Assembly: GCF_000002865.3 (NCBI RefSeq)
Contig: NW_001865092.1
Location: forward strand, 15,536 to 55,091
Length of the DNA: 39,556 bases
Reading direction: 5' to 3'
DNA from: Monosiga brevicollis MX1
Lineage: Eukaryota
This document shows, one piece after another, positions 1 to 11,315 of this stretch. A program made the translations under genes and the position numbers. Below the pieces are notes generated by a model, which did no database searches, was not told where the DNA came from, and saw only the letters and a list, made by a program, of their open reading frames with translations. How positions within the stretch are numbered: position 1 is the first letter of the stretch; each line of letters starts with the position of its first letter.

Positions 1-963
1 TGCTGCAACAGCATCTCCACCACCTTGACACAACCCCTATGGCAGGCCATGTGCAGTGGTGTATCGCCACCCTGTGGGATGATGCATCCGCATGACGAAC
101 AGGTACAGCATCATCATCATCATCATCATCATGTGGTCCAGGTCACCATCAGTGGGGAGGGTGGGGGGAAAGAGGGAGGTACTGTACTGACGTTGGTCTT
201 GGCTTTAGCATCAACACCGTACGCAACAGCATCTCCACCACCTTGTCACGACCCTTATGGCAGGCCTTGTGCAGTGGTGTTTCGCCATCCTGTGGGATGA
301 TGCATCAGCATGACGTACAGGTACAGCATCGTCATCATCATCATCATTATCATCACCACCATCATAGGGGGGGGGGGGAAGAACTGTACTGACGTTGGTC
401 TGGGGTTTAGTATCAATACCGTGCTGCAACAGCATCTCCACCACCTTGACACAACCCCTATGGCAGGCCATGTGCAGTGGTGTATCGCCACCCTGTGGGA
501 TGATGCATCCGCATGACGAACAGGTACAGCATCATCATCATCATCATCATCATGTGGTCCAGGTCACCATCAGTGGGGAGGGTGGGGGGAAGAGGGAGGT
601 ACTGTACTGACGTTGGTCTTAGCTTTAGCATCAACACCGTGCTGCAACAGCATCTCCACCACCTTGACATGACCGTTACTGCAGGCCATGTGCAGTGGTG
701 TCCAGCCACCCTGTGGGATGATGCATCCGCATGACGAACAGGTACAGCATCATCATCATCATCATCATGTGATCCAGGTCACCATCATGGAGGGGTAAAG
801 GGGGGAAGAGGGAGGTACTGTACTGACGTTGGTCTGGGGTTCAGCATCAACACCGTGCTGCAACAGCATCTCCACCACCTTGATATGACCCTCATGGCAG
901 GCCCAGTGCAGTGCTGTATAGCCATCCTGTGGGATGATGCATCAGCATGACGTACAGGTACAG

Positions 964-1041
<78 letters not shown>

Positions 1042-2775
1042 TATCATGTGGTAAAGGTCACCATCAGGGGGGGGGAGGCGTAAAGGGGGGAAGAGGGAGG
1101 TACTGTACTGACGATGATCTTGACTTTAGTATCAGCACCGTGCTGCAACAGCATCTCCACCACCTTGTCATGACCGTGAATGCAGGCCTGGTGCAGTGGT
1201 GTTTCGCCATTCTGTGGGATGATGCATCAGCATGACATACAGGTACATCATCGTCATCATCATCATCATTATCATCACCACCATCATAGGGGGGGGGAAG
1301 AACTGTACTGACGTCGTTCTTGGCTTTAGTATCAACACCGTGCTGCAACAGCATCTCCACCACCTTGACACAACCCCTATGGCAGGCCATGTGCAGTGGT
1401 GTATCGCCACCCTGTCGGATGATGCATCCGCATGACGAACAGGTACAGCATCATCATCATCATCATCATCATGTGGTCAGGTCACCATCAGTGGGGAGGG
1501 TGGGGGGAAGAGGGAGGTACTGTACTGACGTTGGTCTTAGCTTTAGCATCAACACCGTGCTGCAACAGCATCTCCGCCACCTTGACATGACCGTTACTGC
1601 AGGCCATGTGCAGTGGTGTCCAGCCACCCTGTGGGATGATGCATCCGCATGACGAACAGGTACAGCATCATCATCATCATCATCATGTGATCCAGGTGCA
1701 CCATCAGTGGGGAGGGGTAAAGGGGGGAAGAGGGAGGTACTGTACTGACGTTGGTCTGGGGTTTAGTATCAACACCGTGCTGCAACAGCATCTCCACCAC
1801 CTTGATATGACCCTCATGGCAGGCCCAGTGCAGTGCTGTATAGCCATCCTGTGGGATGATGCATCAGCATGACGTACAGGTACAGCATCATCATCNNNNN
1901 NNNNNNNNNNNNNNNNNNNNNNNNNNNNNNNNNNNNNNNNNNNNNNNNNNNNNNNNNNNNNNNNNNNNNNNNNNNNNNNNNNNNNNNNNNNNNNNNNNNN
2001 NNNNNNNNNNNNNNNNNNNNNNNNNNNNNNNNNNNNNNNNNNNNNNNNNNNNNNNNNNNNNNNNNNNNNNNNNNNNNNNNNNNNNNNNNNNNNNNNNNNN
2101 NNNNNNNNNNNNNNNNNNNNNNNNNNNNNNNNNNNNNNNNNNNNNNNNNNNNNNNNNNNNNNNNNNNNNNNNNNNNNNNNNNNNNNNNNNNNNNNNNNNN
2201 NNNNNNNNNNNNNNNNNNNNNNNNNNNNNNNNNNNNNNNNNNNNNNNNNNNNNNNNNNNNNNNNNNNNNNNNNNNNNNNNNNNNNNNNNNNNNNNNNNNN
2301 NNNNNNNNNNNNNNNNNNNNNNNNNNNNNNNNNNNNNNNNNNNNNNNNNNNNNNNNNNNNNNNNNNNNNNNNNNNNNNNNNNNNNNNNNNNNNNNNNNNN
2401 NNNNNNNNNNNNNNNNNNNNNNNNTGTACTGACCGTGTCCTTGGCTTTAGTATCAACACCGTACTGCAACAGCATCTCCACCACCTTGTCATGACCCTTA
2501 AGGCAGGCATTGTGCAGTGGTGTACGGCCATCCTGTGGGATGATGCAAACATGCAGTATATGTCTCATGTTATACCAGAACGTCACCCCATTTGGTGACA
2601 TATTCAAAGTGTTACCCATATCACACAACATCATATCAAACTGCATACGTACCTTATCTTTGTATTGGGCAGCATCTCGAATGCGTTGTTGGTCCCAACT
2701 GGTCAACAGCTGCAGCGCCTCTTGTGGATCTGATGAATCACACGCACTGTACAACTGCTCTCCATCATCACTCAT
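1..2775 (-). CDS. Modular ankyrin-repeat gene 1 (N-cap exon plus at least 10 one-repeat exons; continues past base 1 and spans the gap)
   Basis: Exon 1 is 2653-2775 ([41 protein letters not shown]). 99-bp phase-0 exons bounded by CAG and GTCAGT lie at 2434-2532, 1750-1848, 1530-1628, 1313-1411, 1113-1211, 828-926, 612-710 and 394-492, then 192-289 (98 bp, frameshift) and <1-71. Each reads xGxT(P/A)[28 protein letters not shown]. Confidence 0.92.
965..1040 (+). repeat. (CAT)n microsatellite inside an ankyrin intron
   Basis: Long perfect CAT run. Shorter CAT runs occupy the same position in nearly every repeat intron of the family. Confidence 0.95.
1896..2424. other. Assembly gap (N run) inside the ankyrin exon array
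   Basis: Run of N flanked on both sides by repeat-intron sequence. Confidence 0.99.
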
Positions 2776-3350
2776 AATAACGGTATCTCTCTCTCTATTC
2801 ACCATCCGCTTCAAACCGCTTTGCTTGCTTCTCTAGCCACCACCAATTTCATGAGCCCCCTCCAAGTACAACTCGTCTGACAACCTAGAATTCGACAGGC
2901 GCGCGCCGTTTCCAAAACGGCAGCCGGTCACCGGGCTCTTTGCTCTTCTCTGTCTGATGCACCAAACGACTCACCTTTGGCCAGTAGTTCTCGATGACAG
3001 TTGCGAGGACGGGTGGACTTGATTGCCCAAGCGCACGTTGTCGACTGCGAGGCGAGATCAGTGGCCTCACAGGCAGCAGTGCTTTCAATCAAAACGTTCC
3101 GGCGTCGCCGCAAGACCCCGATCAGGTAAGTCCCAAACCAAGCACAAACGATCAGTCACCACGCACACACAAAGCAAGACACGTCAAGCAGCCCGCCGAT
3201 GCCGATATCGAGACCGAGACCGCTGCCAAAAGAGAGCAAAAGAAGAAGAAGTCAAAGGCAAAGGGCAAAAAGGCAAAGAGGGAACAAGAAAAATGCCAAC
3301 ACACACACACACGTTTACTCTTATTCTTCTTTTTTAATTTTTTACTTTCG
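2776..3350 (-). promoter_or_regulatory. Conserved upstream module of the ankyrin family, copy 1
   Basis: Shares blocks such as AAACGGCAGCCGGTCA, GAGGCGAGATCAGTGG and CGTCAAGCAGCCCGCCGATGCC with the sequence upstream of the other four N-cap exons. A regulatory role is inferred from position only. Confidence 0.6.
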
Positions 3351-3821
3351 AGAAAAGTTAAATTCCAAAGCGCCCGTTAAGCTTGTTCGGATGGCGATTT
3401 CTTTGCGAGCATTGTCTCAAAGGCTCGCTGTGTAGGTCACAATCAGCTCATTGCCGTCAATGTCACAAGACCTTACGCGACCACACTTTGTGCAAAGCAA
3501 AGCCGACTGGAAAAAAAAAAAAAAACTTACAGTGTAGTAAAGAACAAACTCACACCACAACCCGCCTTTTTTTTTCGCGGCGACCCGCAGCTCGGCACGC
3601 AGCGATCAAGCCCCGAGTTTCTCTGCCACAGGGGAAGCTGGAAAAAAAGGGGGTGTGGACATCCAGCTGCTCATCCAGGAGCCAGCTTTGTGTGTTTTTG
3701 ATATGGGACTGGCAGCCCTTACCTATCAGACCCCGAAGCACCGAGAGATACTCCTGATAAATTCGATCACAAGCGCACAACGCTTCCCAAACAAACGCAC
3801 AAAGAGAAAACAAAAACCACG

Positions 3822-5683
3822 CTAGACGGTTGTATCTCGCTCCAGCCTGGGACCGAGATTGTACGCCAAGCCGCCCGTGGCGCCGGCTTGCTGAAGGCGA
3901 GCTATGAGTTGGTCGAGTCTGGCGCAGGGCGCGACTAGAGTGTCGTTGACGAACCAGCCTTGATCGTCCGGGCTCCACCGAAGCAGATGGTGGCGAGGGC
4001 GCCCGGCATGTGCCACGGTCATGGCAAGGGAGCCGTCCGGCCGCCGTCGTAGCAAGAAGGCATGTCCATCCGGGCGTCCCTCTTGCACCAGCAAAGACTC
4101 GGCTTCCTGCCGACCCATGTCGCCGTGCACCACAACGTGGGGGCTCGCGGCGGAACCGGGGCCGATCGTGTCGTGGGTTGCAAAGGCAGGACCGTCGCAG
4201 GGCATGGCTTCATAGTTGCCAATGTCAGGTCCGGGCGGGAGGGTGAGCGTGGCTTGGTTGTAGCCTGCAGGACGAGGTTTTGAGGATGTAGGTCCGATAT
4301 CTCTGGCCACGCCATAGTCGGGGGGCAGGACGTCGGGATCTGGCTCTGGCCCGTGCTGCTGACCGTACAGCGGGTTTTGGCATAGGTATTCATCGGGTAC
4401 GTCTGGGGTATAAGAGGGGTTGGTCCGGCGCTCAGCGCGCCGCCGTCGATGGGCAATGAGCATCAAACCAAGGTCCGTTTTTTTGGAAGAGGAGGCCATG
4501 GACGATGGAGCGGTCGGGGGGCTAGCGAAGCGTCGGGGTGTGGACGTGGCCAGCGACGTGCTGGTTGTTGATACGGTGCTTGAGGTTGATGTGGTGCTGG
4601 TGGTGGTGGTCGAGGTGGTCGAGGTGGTCGAGGTTGTTGTGGTGGTTGTCGTTGTGGTTGTCGAGGTGGTCGAGGTCGTGGTGGTGGTTGTCGTGGTGGT
4701 TGTCGAGGTGGATGAAGTGGTGGTAGTGGTGATGGGCACGGGCACACTCAACGGGAGCGCATCGCCGCAGGCCTCTGCAAACCCGTACGGAGCCAGATAT
4801 GAGCACGCGCAAAAACAGGGTATACTCACGCATCCACAACCACCACACACACAATATTGTTGAGAGTAAAAAGCTCATGGATGGAGGTGGGAGGGGAAAG
4901 GGGCGGACCTTTGTCGGCGTTGAAGCAGCCGTACAAGCGAAGGTTGCCCATGGCGATGGAGCTGTTTTCCGCAAGTGTGACGGAGCCGCCGATGCGAAAG
5001 TCGAGGGTTGAGAGGTCGGTTAGATCGAGGGCCCAGTGCAGGGTCAAAGCCATTTCCGTGGTGTTGGGGGCGGCGAGGGGGCGGGTGCTAACGGCGAGGG
5101 CCACGTCGGAGCCAAAACCGGAGCTTGCGATTTTGTCCCAGCAGGCGCCATCACCCGACACCACGAGGCCGGCTTGTTTGTCGCGGAGGGAATCACGACC
5201 AACGGTGAGGAGGGCTCGAATGTTTTGATCACACGAACCACCGAGGCTCATCCAGTTGGTGCTATCCATGCGCAGGATGATGTCGAGGGATACGACGCCG
5301 GCGGCAAGATCGGGAGGGAGGGTCACCGAGCGCTTGTTGCTTTCACGAGAGCGGCCAGCAAAGAAGAGAAAGCTGGCTGGATCGTCAAAGTAGGGGACGG
5401 GGTCAAGAAGGGCGGGGGCCAGCATACCGCAAGGTTCGGTCGGGGGCAAAGCGGGGGAGTCGTTGTAAGAGGTGAAGGTGTCAAGCTGAGGCTGGCAGCC
5501 GACGGGGTCGTCCTTGGCGTTCGACAGAAAAAAGCTGGCGCCACCACCCACACTGTCGTCGCGGCTGTCCCACAGGAGGACGGTCTCTGTTGAAGCGCCA
5601 TGGTGGGCACCCAGGACGAGGGCAACCAAGGCGATGGTCCAGAATGGTGCCAGGCGATTGCCTTGTTTCCGAGATCGGCGCAT
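3822..5683 (-). CDS. Receptor-like protein: signal peptide, ectodomain, Thr/Ser mucin stalk, Tyr-motif tail and C-terminal SH2 domain (~575 aa)
   Basis: Exons 4909-5683 and 3822-4774 join in frame across a phase-1 GT..CAG intron. N-terminal hydrophobic segment FWTIALVALVLG; poly-T/S stalk; NPSY, NPLY and YEAM motifs; SH2 signature HGDMGRQEAESLL...FLLRRRPDGSLAMTV...HHLL...LDQLI. Confidence 0.82.
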
Positions 5684-5684
5684 T

Positions 5685-6355
5685 TCTCAGGCTCCAGCAC
5701 GTCTGGAGGCCGTTTTTGGGTTGCGAGGAAGCGCGTAGGTTTGAGGAAGCGTTTTGAGAGAGGTTTCAGAGACGTCCGGCGGAACGGAGCGAAAGCTTTG
5801 GTGGTGTCTTGAGGTCAATTGAACCAGCTGCGGTCGGCAAGCATTCACAGTGTCCAGACCAGGTGCACCGTTAGAATAGCTGTAGAGTCGCTCAATCCCG
5901 AGGATAGGAAAAGACACAAGAGAGCAGAGCACACAGGAGAGCAAAGGGGAGACAGAATGGCAGGGGGCTTGACGTACCTGCGGTCGGCAAGCATTCACAG
6001 TGACCAGACCAGGTGCACCGTTAGAATAGCTGTAGAGTCGCTCAATTTCGAGGATAGGAAAAGTGCAACTCGTGCCCGACCGCAGGTGCCACCACAAAGG
6101 GAAACAACAGTAGTCACAAGCTCATTGCCCCAGGGCAGCTGCCCAGGCATCGTGGGGACCGCGACACACGCGGTGTTACTCATATGACTCCCACGAGGAG
6201 GATCAGGCCCGGGGGGTCCAAGTGTAGGTGTCAATGTGTGTGAAGTCGTAGCAGCTATGGGATACCGATAGGAAGACCCATCGTGACGGACGCTGAGTGT
6301 GTGCGAAAGCAGTGGGAGTGTTCAAATGCGTGGAAGCACGGATTTGACGCTAACA
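5685..6355 (-). mobile_element. 3' LTR of a Ty3/gypsy chromovirus
   Basis: On the minus strand it starts TGTTAG at 6355, directly after a polypurine tract (6356-6372). Its last ~440 bp match 14811-15253, which ends CTGACA (here CTGAGA). It carries an internal ~65-bp direct repeat. Confidence 0.8.
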
Positions 6356-6492
6356 CCTCCCCCCCCCCCTCGCCAGCCGGAGCCCCGATCCGGCGAGGAT
6401 GGTTCAAAGACAAACGGAAGAAATGGCGAAGGCACGCTGAGAACAAAAAGGGAAACAAGGATGAGAGAAAAAAAAAATGCAAGTTTCATGAT

Positions 6493-7860
6493 TCATGCAA
6501 GCACGCAAAATGGGGTTACACTTGACCGTTCCCAGGTCGCCTCCTCCTTCGAGTAACCCATCCACTTGACGAGATACTCGATACGAGGACGGCCCGCACG
6601 GCCCTTGGGCCGTACAGTGCGCTTGTCGAGCAAAGTCTCGACTAGATAGTACTCGCCATACGAGTCACGAAAAATTGGAGCAAGACGGAAGTCCTCCGCT
6701 GCGTTTGCCGGAAGCTGGTAACGGCGTAGATGCTCGAGGTTGATAACTGGATGGGCGCGAACGTCGTTCGGCAGCTCAAGTCGATATGCATTCGAGCTCA
6801 CGCGCTCGAGTACCTTGAATGGCCCAATGCAACGGGCGCCCAATTTCGAGGAGTGTGTGGCACGATCTGTGGGCGACCGCACCGCCTTGATGGAGACCAC
6901 CACCCAGTCGCCGGGCTTGAACTCCACCATGTTGACCTTCCGGTCATAACGTTCAGCCGCCTCTTCCTGGCCGAGGGCCGTCACATCCGCAACGTATTGC
7001 CAAATGTTCTGGAGGCGCCGAAGTTCCGAGTCTGCATCGTCGTCGCCAAAGGCTGCCGCCTTAGGCTGAACTAAAAGGGATGACGGTGTCACTGGATGCC
7101 GCCCAGTCGCCGCAAACAGTGGCGTCAGGCGCGTGACCTTGTGCGTGGTGCTGTTGATGGCATAGGTAGCCATGGGAAGCATCTGGACCCAGTTGTCGCG
7201 GTCGGTCTCCGCGCCGGTGCGGAGGCACTCGATCAGAACTCTGTTGTATCGCTCAGTCAGTCCATCTGTCTGTGGATGGTGAGCCGTCGAGAAGTCGAGG
7301 TTGGTTCCAAATGCTTTGCACATCTTCTGAAAGATGCTGGCAACAAAACGGGTATCACGGTCAGAGACGATGCTCAAAGGCATGCCGCCCATCGGCAACA
7401 TCATCTCCAAAATCAGGCGAGCTGTATCGAGAGCGTTGATAGCTTTCTTCGTAGCTCTGGTCATCACCATGCGTGTCAGGTGGTCCACAACCACCAAGAT
7501 GGCGTCGCAGCCCTCACACTTGGGCAGCCCCGTGATAAAAGTCAAGCCCCAGAGGTCTTTGAGCTGGGAGCGATCGTTAAAGAGGCTGCCAAGCGCATAG
7601 TAGAGGCCCGTAATGTCGTTGCAGGAAGCGTGGGTGAGGTGGAGGCGGCAAATGCTGATGGCAGGCGAAGCGGACTGGGCAGCGAGCTGGTCGAAGAAGC
7701 GTTGAAAATGGGGAGGTTGGCGTTGTGTTGACCCAGCCGTGGTATCGGCGCGAAGGATGGGCAGCATCCACATTGGCGTGAAAGGTGGAAAGCTTGAAGA
7801 GTTGAGGGTGAGGCAGGTGGCATCCGCGTTCAAATTCGTATGCGCAACTTCGCCTGGACA
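6493..7860 (-). mobile_element. pol: Degenerate Ty3/gypsy pol 3' end: integrase plus chromodomain (chromovirus)
   Basis: Integrase motifs FITGLP..AILVVVDHLT, SIVSDRDTRF and STAHHPQTDGLTERYN; GPY/F motif IGPFKVLER..AYRLELP; chromodomain EYLVKWMGYSKEEATWE. A frameshift near 7540 puts the first catalytic Asp (LGLDF) in another frame. No RT or gag is recognisable. Confidence 0.92.
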
Positions 7861-8149
7861 ATGAAACACGTTCATCAGATCAAGCCGAATTCAGGGCGAG
7901 AATAAGTGAACGATCTTTTTGCTTTCGGGAGCAATGGCAGCTTGGTTGGCCTTGTGAAGATCGGTAATGGACATTGTACATACCTGTGTGCTGCCCTCAG
8001 TCCTGTAATGCTTGCCAAGTCCAGTTTCACACGCGGCCCATCTGTGCTACACAAACTACATCATGAGCCACCTACCTCCGTTCCGGCTTAAACCAATTTG
8101 CGCTTCACGGGCTACCTTGATAAACGGCAGCCCGCATTGACCCGTAGAG

Positions 8150-8760
8150 CTAAGCATGGCCCGACGGGCTCCCACGGCAGCGCCTACCTCCCAACGGCAT
8201 CAAACTTCCATACACTCACGCACGAGGCACCGTGACGTGTTCCTTTGCAAAGCATGTGCGCCTGAATAGCCCGTGTTCATTCGCAGCCAAGCACAACAGT
8301 TGAGGACCCCCAAGGCCTCATCCAGGCTCGGCACGGCACGCGCACGCCCACAGGCTCACAGGGCAGCGCCTGGCTCGAAACGTCGTCTGATATCCATGAT
8401 ATCCCGCTGAAAGCAACATGACTGTGTTTTAAATCGCACATGTGAGGCTGAGCAATTTATGATCCTTCGTACCCGAGTGTCTCAGCAGAAAAGCACCTCA
8501 ATGGCCTCACCCAGGACTGGCAGGTCCCACTAGCTCAAACGGCAGAGCCTACCTCAACAAGGCCACAGACACACTTTATACACCGTCACAAGCGGCGCAA
8601 AAATGCGTCTGCCATGCCGTCCGAGCTTCTGAGTAGCTGCAGATGGACCATGCAAAAGTGCTGCCATGACCAAGTCCCGCCATGAGAAGAAGCCCGTCCA
8701 GCAAAGCCAAGCCCGGACCAGCGCTTGGAACGGCAGAGCGTACCTAAATACGGCAGCATC
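8150..8760. repeat. Degenerate tandem repeat, ~185-bp period, ~4 units
   Basis: GCTCxxAxGGCAG(C/A)GCCTxxCTC-like blocks near 8168, 8354, 8533 and 8722. GGCCTCA(T/C)CCAGG occurs near 8314 and 8503. Confidence 0.55.
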
Positions 8761-10441
8761 CCAGGCAAGCATCTCGAGAAATTCATCGCGCGTGTTTGCT
8801 TGACACTGTACAGCATCCTCATGTTTTGTCGCTTGGTCCTTGTCTGGCTGTCACAGAGGCGCACGCGTGGTCAGCATTTAAAAGCGCAACAAGTCTTAAA
8901 GGGCGCGCACGGTCAGCTCAAGCGGCAGCGCACACCTTTGCAAAAGTTTTAAGCTGCCACTGCTTGATCAAAGCAGCACAGATGCAAGTCGTTGACAAGC
9001 ACAAGCTATGACATTAGCCTGCCATCAGCCGATCCTGAAAAATGGCCTAGGGACCCACCCCTGGCAACAAAATTAACCAAAGCGCTTCGGGACGGCGTTT
9101 GGTAATGGGCAATGTCCTCACGAGGCCTCACTCACCGTCAACCTGTCTTGCAATCAAGTCATACAGGCCCACACATTTTTCATGACGTGCCAGAGGCCGT
9201 CCCGTCGGCTCTGAGCTCTTCGGAACTCAAGGTGCAGCTGCTTTGGCCTCGGCTGTCTCAAGCAAGGGACGCACGGCGCAAAGCAGCATTCGCCAGGGAG
9301 CATGGTAGCCTCCATGCCACGTCTTGACATTAGAACGCACCCAACGTGCTCAATGTTTCTCATAACACGTTTTGAAAATGCGCTCAGCGCTTTGACAAGA
9401 GCCTCAGTGCGCATATCTCCTTGATCCTATCGTAACGTGCCGCGCGCCTGGGTGAGCAACTTGGCGCCTCTCGCTGGAAAAGCATACATGGATTCTTGAG
9501 TGGCAGTGCGTACCAGTTTATCATTTTGACGTAATTCTTCCGCCTCGCCAGCACATGAGTGCATGCAACTGGTGTGTCACGTGGCCGAGCTGCTTCTTCA
9601 GGACTGCATTTGCCTGCCTTCTGCGCCTCAGAGCCCCAGGCGCCGTCCTCAGGCGCGTAAAAAAAAAACAAAGAAGAGCCAGTGGAAAGAACATTAACAT
9701 GTAAATTTTGTTCACACCACCATTTAAAGTTTTATGATTGTTGACGCAAAAAAAATTTTTGTTCCTTTGATGTACAGGTAAATTCTTAAAGTTTCAAAGT
9801 TTTAAAGTTATGAACAAGCTTGTCAGCAAAGGTTTTGAAGCAGAACTTTGGATGCGGTCCACGATTGCCATCTTGTTCGGTCCGCAGCAGGAAAGGGCAG
9901 CAACACAGGTGCTTGCACCACCACCACCATGGTTGTGCATGTGAGCCATCACCACCATCATGAGCAAAGAGCAGACAATGAAAAGCCAGCTGATTAGATA
10001 AGCACCGCCACCACCCCTGCCTGAAGCGTGCGCCAACATGGTCCTCGAGGCGGTTGAGGCTGAATTTTCTCGCATATGTCCTTGCAGGGCGCAAGTTTGA
10101 GCTGATTCTTAGCCCTGCACCGCAAAAGCCTGACGCTCATTTCCGCCAGTGCGAACTGCATTGACATGCAAGCCTCAGGCTCGGCTTGCTCGATTTTAGC
10201 CGTATGATCAAAAGTCACGGGTGATGGTCTCGAAAAGCGTTTGCTAGTCTCTCGCTTGGGTTTTGGGTTTGTCACCTGCTGATAATAGACCGCAGATCGT
10301 CAAACGCAAGCGCCTCAAACATCTCAAGCTGTGCGCGCCAGTCGACCCTGAGAAGGACCGCAACCAAAGCGTCGCAGAGCCTCTTCTGCTCATTCTCTGT
10401 TTGCATAGCGATCCACAAGCCCACCACAAGCTTCAAATATT

Positions 10442-11281
10442 TCAATTCGTAGGTGCAGCTTGAGCGGTGGCCGTTTGAGCGGCCTGGTAGTCACAAAGGG
10501 TATGTAGGTCGTGGATGTTGAACAATTGAGGATCCACGCGCCAGCCGACACTACAGAGAACAGCAGCAGCGCACCGCCAGCGTCTGGCCTGCTCCGCGTG
10601 AATCAAGCCTTGGACTGGCGCCACGTTGAAACTCCAATGAGAACAAGACAAGGCCAACAATGACTTGGGAATCAGGTTCGCACCATTGGCATTCGAAGTA
10701 TGGTAGGAGCAAGGGGTACGGGTAACGCCCAATAGCTCTGCAACCAGCTATAAAGCGAAACAGATTCTTCGGTGAGCGAGCTTGCCTCTGCAATCAGTAC
10801 CGAAATTCAAAAAGGCCCACCTCCAGCTCGATGCAACTCTTGCTTAGGAGCAGATCCAAGGGTCGTGCACCCGTGTGCCACGGCAGGCAATCACGTATCA
10901 ATCGCAGGTGCAGCAGAATAGCAGATAAAGTACGGCATCGTGGTAATTGGCTTACAAGATCTCTCGCATCCGGGTCGGCACCGTGCCGCAAGAGTTGATG
11001 GGCAGCCTTTTGGCTGGGATAAAAGGCCTTGCAGACTAGATGGAGCGGCGCTTGGCCGTCCTATATAGGATAATCAATGTTTGGAAACATGAGGCCTGTT
11101 TGTATTTTTTTTTTTTTTTCAATAAAAAAGGGGCTGAGGGGAGCGTCGGGTGTGTCGGGGTAAATTTGAAGAAACGACACTAAAAGCCGCTTGAGCGCGC
11201 GAGGGAGGCGGAGGCGCGTTGGCAAGGGATCGGACGCGTACGGTGGGCAGGGTGTGGAAGAGATAGGAACGGGCAAAGGCG

Positions 11282-11315
<34 letters not shown>

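Noticed and set aside
25..1872. Poly-His, poly-Met, poly-Ile and poly-Asp ORFs in the six-frame track
   Set aside because: They are translations of intronic (CAT)n microsatellites and antisense frames.
1..1895. Regularly spaced conserved blocks with variable inserts, resembling a CRISPR array or DGR repeats
   Set aside because: The units are spliceosomal exon-intron pairs encoding ankyrin repeats. There are no cas or RT genes, and the variation is not adenine-specific.
1704..2814. Long ORFs of 187-307 aa
   Set aside because: They are artefacts of reading through the N gap.
8796..10430. Short ORFs between the retroelement and gene 2
   Set aside because: No recognisable domain or consistent splice model. 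One weak LVLVNDLH resemblance to a DExH motif is not enough.
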